DNA of 64,000 nt from an uncultured Planctomycetia bacterium (GTDB lineage Bacteria > Omnitrophota > Gorgyraeia > Duberdicusellales > 4484-171). Of this stretch, positions 58,192 through 64,000 are shown in pieces. The DNA lies in contig CAZAYU010000001.1 in NCBI GenBank assembly GCA_964489445.1, positions 210,276-274,275 on the forward strand, given 5' to 3'. Under the pieces are notes generated by a model. That model had not been told where the DNA came from. It saw only the letters and a list, made by a program, of their open reading frames with translations, and searched no databases. Every line of letters begins with the position of its first letter. The stretch's first letter is position 1. A program made the translations under genes and the position numbers.

Positions 58192-58837
58192 CCAACAATT
58201 CTCTGAATGATTTATAGGCTATTTTAGGATTATCTGCTTTTAATATAGCACTTCCCACACAAATATCGTCAACACCCGTATCTTTAATTACTCTAAAATT
58301 ATCAAATTTTACTCCACCGTCAATTCCAATGCGTTTCTTCGGATATTTGCTTTTAAATTCCTTTATCTTTTCCAACACCTCCGGCTTAAAGGAAGCTCCG
58401 TAAAAACCAGGTTCCACAGACATAAATAAAACTGTATCAATCTTATCTATAATATTTTCAAGCTCAACTATTGCTGTTGAAGGATTAACTGCAACCCCCA
58501 CACTTAAACCTTCCTTCTTTACCCTGCTGATTATTTCTTGATGGTCTTTGTCAATCTCGTAATGATAGATTATTCTTTTAGCTTTAGCGTGACATGCCGA
58601 CTCAACCCAAGCTAAAGGATCAACGACCATAAGATGCAATTCATACGCAACAAAAGAATTAAAATTAAAAAGGCTTTCTTTGCCAATGCTTTTAGAAGCA
58701 ACGAATTCTCCGTCCATAATATCTACCTGCGCGTACTCGCAAAATCCAGAACATACTTTTGTCATCTCTTCTAAATCTTGACAATTATCAGTCAGTAAAG
58801 CAGGAATAATTTTTCGATTTCTTGACGTCTTACACAT
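58184..58837 (-). CDS. rpe: Ribulose-phosphate 3-epimerase
   Basis: 217 aa; TIM-barrel DIMDGEFV, HLMV, GIDGGV motifs. Confidence 0.9.
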   Translation of the reverse strand: MCKTSRNRKIIPALLTDNCQDLEEMTKVCSGFCEYAQVDIMDGEFVASKSIGKESLFNFNSFVAYELHLMVVDPLAWVESACHAKAKRIIYHYEIDKDHQEIISRVKKEGLSVGVAVNPSTAIVELENIIDKIDTVLFMSVEPGFYGASFKPEVLEKIKEFKSKYPKKRIGIDGGVKFDNFRVIKDTGVDDICVGSAILKADNPKIAYKSFRELLDV

Positions 58838-58852
58838 ATTTATTAATTAATA

Positions 58853-60022
58853 TTATTTCTTAAAAAACTTCTTAAGCAGAGAAGCTACTTTTTTATTGCA
58901 AACAAATTTCTCAGTTCTTAGTGATTCAATAATTCCCTTTTTTTCTTGTTTCCATAGATTCGGATAATTTTCCCACCCATACGTCGGCCCCTGTCGGTTT
59001 ACAAATTGATTGTTGTCCAGGTATTGATAAATCCCGCCAGGAAAAACATTATTCGCTACTGCCTTGTATGTCCAATAAGCATAGCTAAACTCAAAATCAT
59101 TATACGCGCTTAAAACAGTCTCTAGCCATTTCTCCTCCCCCCAAAAACCTCCTCGCCAATTAATTCCAAATTCTCCAACAAAAATTTTCACTTTATTCCT
59201 TAGCGAAAATTCATAGTATTTTTCAAGGTGTTTATATATATTTCCCTTACTCCATCGAACTTCCTCTGATTTTCCCGGATATTTGCAAAAAGGCACAAAA
59301 TTAAAAACATAATCGAGTGGAATATAATTATGGATACTTATCTGGATATTCTTCCCAATTAAACCCTCTAGCCCTTGCACATTTTGTGCCCAGTTATCAC
59401 CTTCAATAAATATTAAATTATTTTTATCAATAGCTCTTATTCGTTTTATCGTTTTTTGATAAAAGGAATATAAAAGTTTCCTGGTTCTTCTCTCCATAAC
59501 CGGCTCATTTAAAAGATCATACCCACAAATTGCCGATTTATCTTTAAATCTATCGACTATCGCTTCCCACAAGCAAATAGTTCTATTCCGATAATCTTCA
59601 TCTTCCCAAAAACATGCCCGACCGCTAGAATCAGCATGCCAGTCACAATTCTGAGATCCAACTGCGGCATGTAAATCAAGGATTATCTTTAAATTGTACT
59701 TTTCAGCCCAAAAAAATGCTTTCTCCAAATATCTAAATCCCTGCTCCGAATAACAATAAGGTTTTCTTTCAATTAACCGATAATGAAAAGGAATTCGGAC
59801 AGTCGTTGCTCCCATTAAAGAAACCTTTTTAAAATCAAACTCAGTAATGAAATTATCACGAAATTGACTCTCAAATTTTTCCAAGTTTTGAGTGCCATTA
59901 ACTTTTTGAAATTTTTTCTTAAATAAACTTTCTCCGATATTGTTTCCACCTAGAATATACCCCTCCATCAGCAGCCAACCACCTAAATTCACACCTCTTA
60001 TCTTCATGCCTGTTAGTTCCAT
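58853..60022 (-). CDS. Glycoside hydrolase family 5 protein, no signal peptide
   Basis: 389 aa; GH5 acid/base LLNEP and nucleophile VGEFG, ILDLHAAVG; N-terminus MELTGMKIRGVNLGGWLL lacks signal sequence. Confidence 0.8.
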   Translation of the reverse strand: MELTGMKIRGVNLGGWLLMEGYILGGNNIGESLFKKKFQKVNGTQNLEKFESQFRDNFITEFDFKKVSLMGATTVRIPFHYRLIERKPYCYSEQGFRYLEKAFFWAEKYNLKIILDLHAAVGSQNCDWHADSSGRACFWEDEDYRNRTICLWEAIVDRFKDKSAICGYDLLNEPVMERRTRKLLYSFYQKTIKRIRAIDKNNLIFIEGDNWAQNVQGLEGLIGKNIQISIHNYIPLDYVFNFVPFCKYPGKSEEVRWSKGNIYKHLEKYYEFSLRNKVKIFVGEFGINWRGGFWGEEKWLETVLSAYNDFEFSYAYWTYKAVANNVFPGGIYQYLDNNQFVNRQGPTYGWENYPNLWKQEKKGIIESLRTEKFVCNKKVASLLKKFFKK

Positions 60023-60040
60023 AGTAGTTCGCTTAAAATC

Positions 60041-60331
60041 TTAAAGTTTTTTCTTGTATATGCATAAGTGATCATTTTTCCAATACGTATCTATAATTTC
60101 CTTTATCATCACGCATTGGAACAACTCACCACCTACTGTCTTTCTTGTTCCTAGCCTTTGAGAATATATCTTGCAATAAAATGTTGCTTCCTTATCCTTT
60201 CTCAAATGCTCACATGGATCATCATATGCGCCACAGCAAGCTCCACACCTTAGGCATAAATCATCCTGTTCTTTTTCTTTTGCTTCTAGGTGCTTTAGTA
60301 GACACTCTGATGACTTCTCGACAAATTGCAT
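60041..60331 (-). CDS. YkgJ/UPF0153-family putative Fe/Zn-chelating protein
   Basis: 96 aa; CLRCGACCGAY (CxxCGxCC) hallmark plus additional Cys. Confidence 0.7.
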   Translation of the reverse strand: MQFVEKSSECLLKHLEAKEKEQDDLCLRCGACCGAYDDPCEHLRKDKEATFYCKIYSQRLGTRKTVGGELFQCVMIKEIIDTYWKNDHLCIYKKKL

Positions 60332-60424
60332 TTCAACTATGTTTTTAAAGCAGTCTTTGCTTAATTTGTAAGAATTTTCTTAGACATTTATTATTCAAAA
60401 ATAAACACTTAAAATTTTAGTCTA

Positions 60425-60469
60425 ATGAAATAAATCGGCCCCGCTAGATAGCATGCTCAAGCAGGGCCG
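60425..60469 (-). terminator. Rho-independent terminator downstream of hppA
   Basis: Minus strand: CGGCCCTGC-(loop)-GCGGGGCCG followed by AUUUAUUU, about 20 nt after hppA stop. Confidence 0.7.
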
Positions 60470-60489
60470 AAATTTTAATCATTTAGTTA

Positions 60490-62601
60490 CTATTTGAAAA
60501 GGCTATAGGTAATAATTACACCACTAAATACTATTGAAACCATAGACATTAGCTTAATCAGAATATTCAGAGAAGGTCCTGCTGTATCTTTAAACGGATC
60601 TCCCACTGTATCTCCGATTACCGCAGCTTTATGTGCGTCTGACCCTTTGCCTCCTAAATGTCCTTCTTCGATGTATTTCTTAGCATTATCCCATGCACCA
60701 CCAGAATTAGCCATCATGACTGCTAAAACAAAGCCAGAAGCTAACGCTCCTACCAAAAGTCCTACTTCACCCCGGACTCCCAATAGTAAGCCAGTTAGAA
60801 TGGGAGCAACAATCGCTAAAACAGCAGGAAGGATCATTTCCTTCTGCGCTGATTTAGTAGTTAAAGAAACACAAGTTGTATAATCAGCTTTAGCTTCACC
60901 AGTAAGCAACCCTTTAATATCCCTAAACTGCCGCCTAACTTCTTCAATAATTGAAGCAGCAGCTCTTCCTACAGCTTTTAATGATAGAGAGCAGAACACA
61001 AAAGGCATCATTGCTCCCACAAAAACTCCCACAATTACATTAGGATCAAGTAAACTTAGATTTAAATTCACTTCTCTTCCCAACCTAATAGATTCTTGAA
61101 CAATATGTGCTTTGTATGCAGCAATTAATGCTAAAGCGGTTAACGCCGCTGATCCAATAGCAAACCCTTTACCCGTTGCTGCTGTAGTATTCCCTAAGGA
61201 ATCAAGTTGATCAGTTCTTTGTCTTACCTCAGGTGGAAGTTTAGCCATCTCAGCATTACCACCGGCATTATCAGCAACTGGTCCATAAGCATCTGTTGCC
61301 AGCGTTATTCCTAGCGTAGAAAGCATTCCTACTGCAGATATTCCTACACCATAAAGGCCCATGCCAAAATTATCGAATCCTCCGCTAACTGCAAAGCTAC
61401 CTAATATCGCAACACCAACAGTAATTACCGCTCCAATAGGCGAAAGCATTCCTAAGGCAATTCCTTCAATTATTAATGTAGCTGGACCAGTCTTAGAAGT
61501 ATCAGCCAACACCCTTGCTGGTTTATATCCTGTTGAAGTAAAAAACTCGCTAAACCGCCCAATAATAACACCTGCTAATAATCCGATAATTACCGAGAAG
61601 AATACACCTAGATGCTCTGCTCCTAAATAGAATCGAACAATCACAAACGAAAAAACAATTACACAACCAGAAGCAACCAATACCCCCTTACGCAAAACCT
61701 TAAGTAAGTCTTTTTGAGTAGCGTTTTCCTTAGTTCGAACAAAAAAGAAACCGATTATGGAAGCTAATACTCCACAAGCGGCCATTAGCAATGGAGTAAT
61801 AATTCCTCTCAAACCCAAGCCAGCTGCTGCTGCTAAAGCAATTGTCGCAATTATCGAATCAACATATGATTCATATAAATCAGCTCCCATTCCAGCAACA
61901 TCTCCTACATTATCCCCCACCTGGTCAGCAATAACTGCCGGATTCCGCGGATCATCTTCCGGAATTCCTGCTTCAATCTTGCCCACTAAATCAGCTCCCA
62001 CATCAGCTGCTTTTGTGTAGATTCCTCCTCCTAAGCGAGCGAACAAAGCATAGCTTGATGCACCCATTCCTGAACAAAGCATTGTTGAAGCAATTATTGT
62101 AAATTTATCAAATCCTTCTGCTACCGGATGTGTTGAATACCACCAATTTAAAACACAACACCAATTAGCTAGATCTAACAACCCTAGCCCAACAACAATA
62201 AAACCCATTACGCTACCAGAAGAAAAAGCTACTCGTAAACCACCATTTAAGCTCACACTAGCCGCTTGCGCAGTGCGCGAAGAGGCCCTAGTAGCCACAG
62301 ACATACCTATCCATCCACATAAAGCAGACCAAATACCTCCGGTGATAAACGCAAACGGAACAAATATCGCTAAATATCCGTTTAAAGCCATGGTTAGTAA
62401 AAGAATAAAACCAACAACGAAAAAAATTGATACAACTTTATATTGTTGTTTTAAATATCCACGTGCACCTTCCGATACGTAATGCGCTATGCGTTTCATT
62501 TCGGCATTACCTTCAGGCTGTTTTAAAATCCAACGGACTAGATAACAACAAAAACTCAATGCCAGTAAAGAACCAGCGAATACAAATAAAATCGGCTTCA
62601 T
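60490..62601 (-). CDS. hppA: Membrane-bound proton/sodium-translocating pyrophosphatase (K+-dependent subtype inferred)
   Basis: 703 aa, about 16 TM; GGG(I)[33 protein letters not shown] (Ala, not Lys, in GNTTAA motif). Confidence 0.93.
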   Translation of the reverse strand: MKPILFVFAGSLLALSFCCYLVRWILKQPEGNAEMKRIAHYVSEGARGYLKQQYKVVSIFFVVGFILLLTMALNGYLAIFVPFAFITGGIWSALCGWIGMSVATRASSRTAQAASVSLNGGLRVAFSSGSVMGFIVVGLGLLDLANWCCVLNWWYSTHPVAEGFDKFTIIASTMLCSGMGASSYALFARLGGGIYTKAADVGADLVGKIEAGIPEDDPRNPAVIADQVGDNVGDVAGMGADLYESYVDSIIATIALAAAAGLGLRGIITPLLMAACGVLASIIGFFFVRTKENATQKDLLKVLRKGVLVASGCVIVFSFVIVRFYLGAEHLGVFFSVIIGLLAGVIIGRFSEFFTSTGYKPARVLADTSKTGPATLIIEGIALGMLSPIGAVITVGVAILGSFAVSGGFDNFGMGLYGVGISAVGMLSTLGITLATDAYGPVADNAGGNAEMAKLPPEVRQRTDQLDSLGNTTAATGKGFAIGSAALTALALIAAYKAHIVQESIRLGREVNLNLSLLDPNVIVGVFVGAMMPFVFCSLSLKAVGRAAASIIEEVRRQFRDIKGLLTGEAKADYTTCVSLTTKSAQKEMILPAVLAIVAPILTGLLLGVRGEVGLLVGALASGFVLAVMMANSGGAWDNAKKYIEEGHLGGKGSDAHKAAVIGDTVGDPFKDTAGPSLNILIKLMSMVSIVFSGVIITYSLFK

Positions 62602-62643
62602 TACCCTACCCTCCTTTTTTGTTATTTAATAATTCGGATAACT

Positions 62644-63927
<1,284 letters not shown>

Positions 63928-64000
63928 TCAACTTGGCTATTATTTTTTAAAAAAATCCATCAACCCTTGTTCATCTACTTCCACCACTTGAAATATTCGC

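Overview
This 64-kb window is a bacterial chromosomal region (roughly 35% GC, AT-rich) in which every recognisable gene, about 80 CDSs and 3 tRNAs, lies on the minus strand. Positions 1-31.4k hold a contiguous ribosomal/transcription super-operon read right to left: tRNA-Thr, rpmG, tRNA-Trp, secE, nusG, rplKAJL, rpoB (TTG start), rpoC, rpsL, rpsG, fusA, tuf, then the S10, spc and alpha operons (rpsJ through rplQ), ending in a partial aspartate aminotransferase at the window edge. L30 is absent between S5 and L15. Many components are zinc-ribbon variants: S4, S14-Z, L36, adk, an unusual L24, and a Cys cluster in EF-Tu. The right half encodes housekeeping and accessory genes: ligA, acyP, fmt, a PriA whose helicase/ATPase motifs are degenerate, glycosyltransferases, rluB, mtaB, rsmE, tRNA-Ala, uvrA, nadX, panC, folK, nadE, lgt, dtd, queH, rpe, a GH5 hydrolase, an H+-pyrophosphatase and purA. 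The most unusual locus is at 42.3-50.7k. An 86-bp perfect direct repeat carries the 5' end and upstream region of tRNA-Ala and brackets a structured 188-bp spacer. Next to it an apparently single operon reads uvrA, an 822-aa exported TPR protein, exbB, exbD and four small uncharacterised proteins, with no recognisable TonB, TolA, TolB or Pal. No CRISPR array, integrase or transposase was seen.
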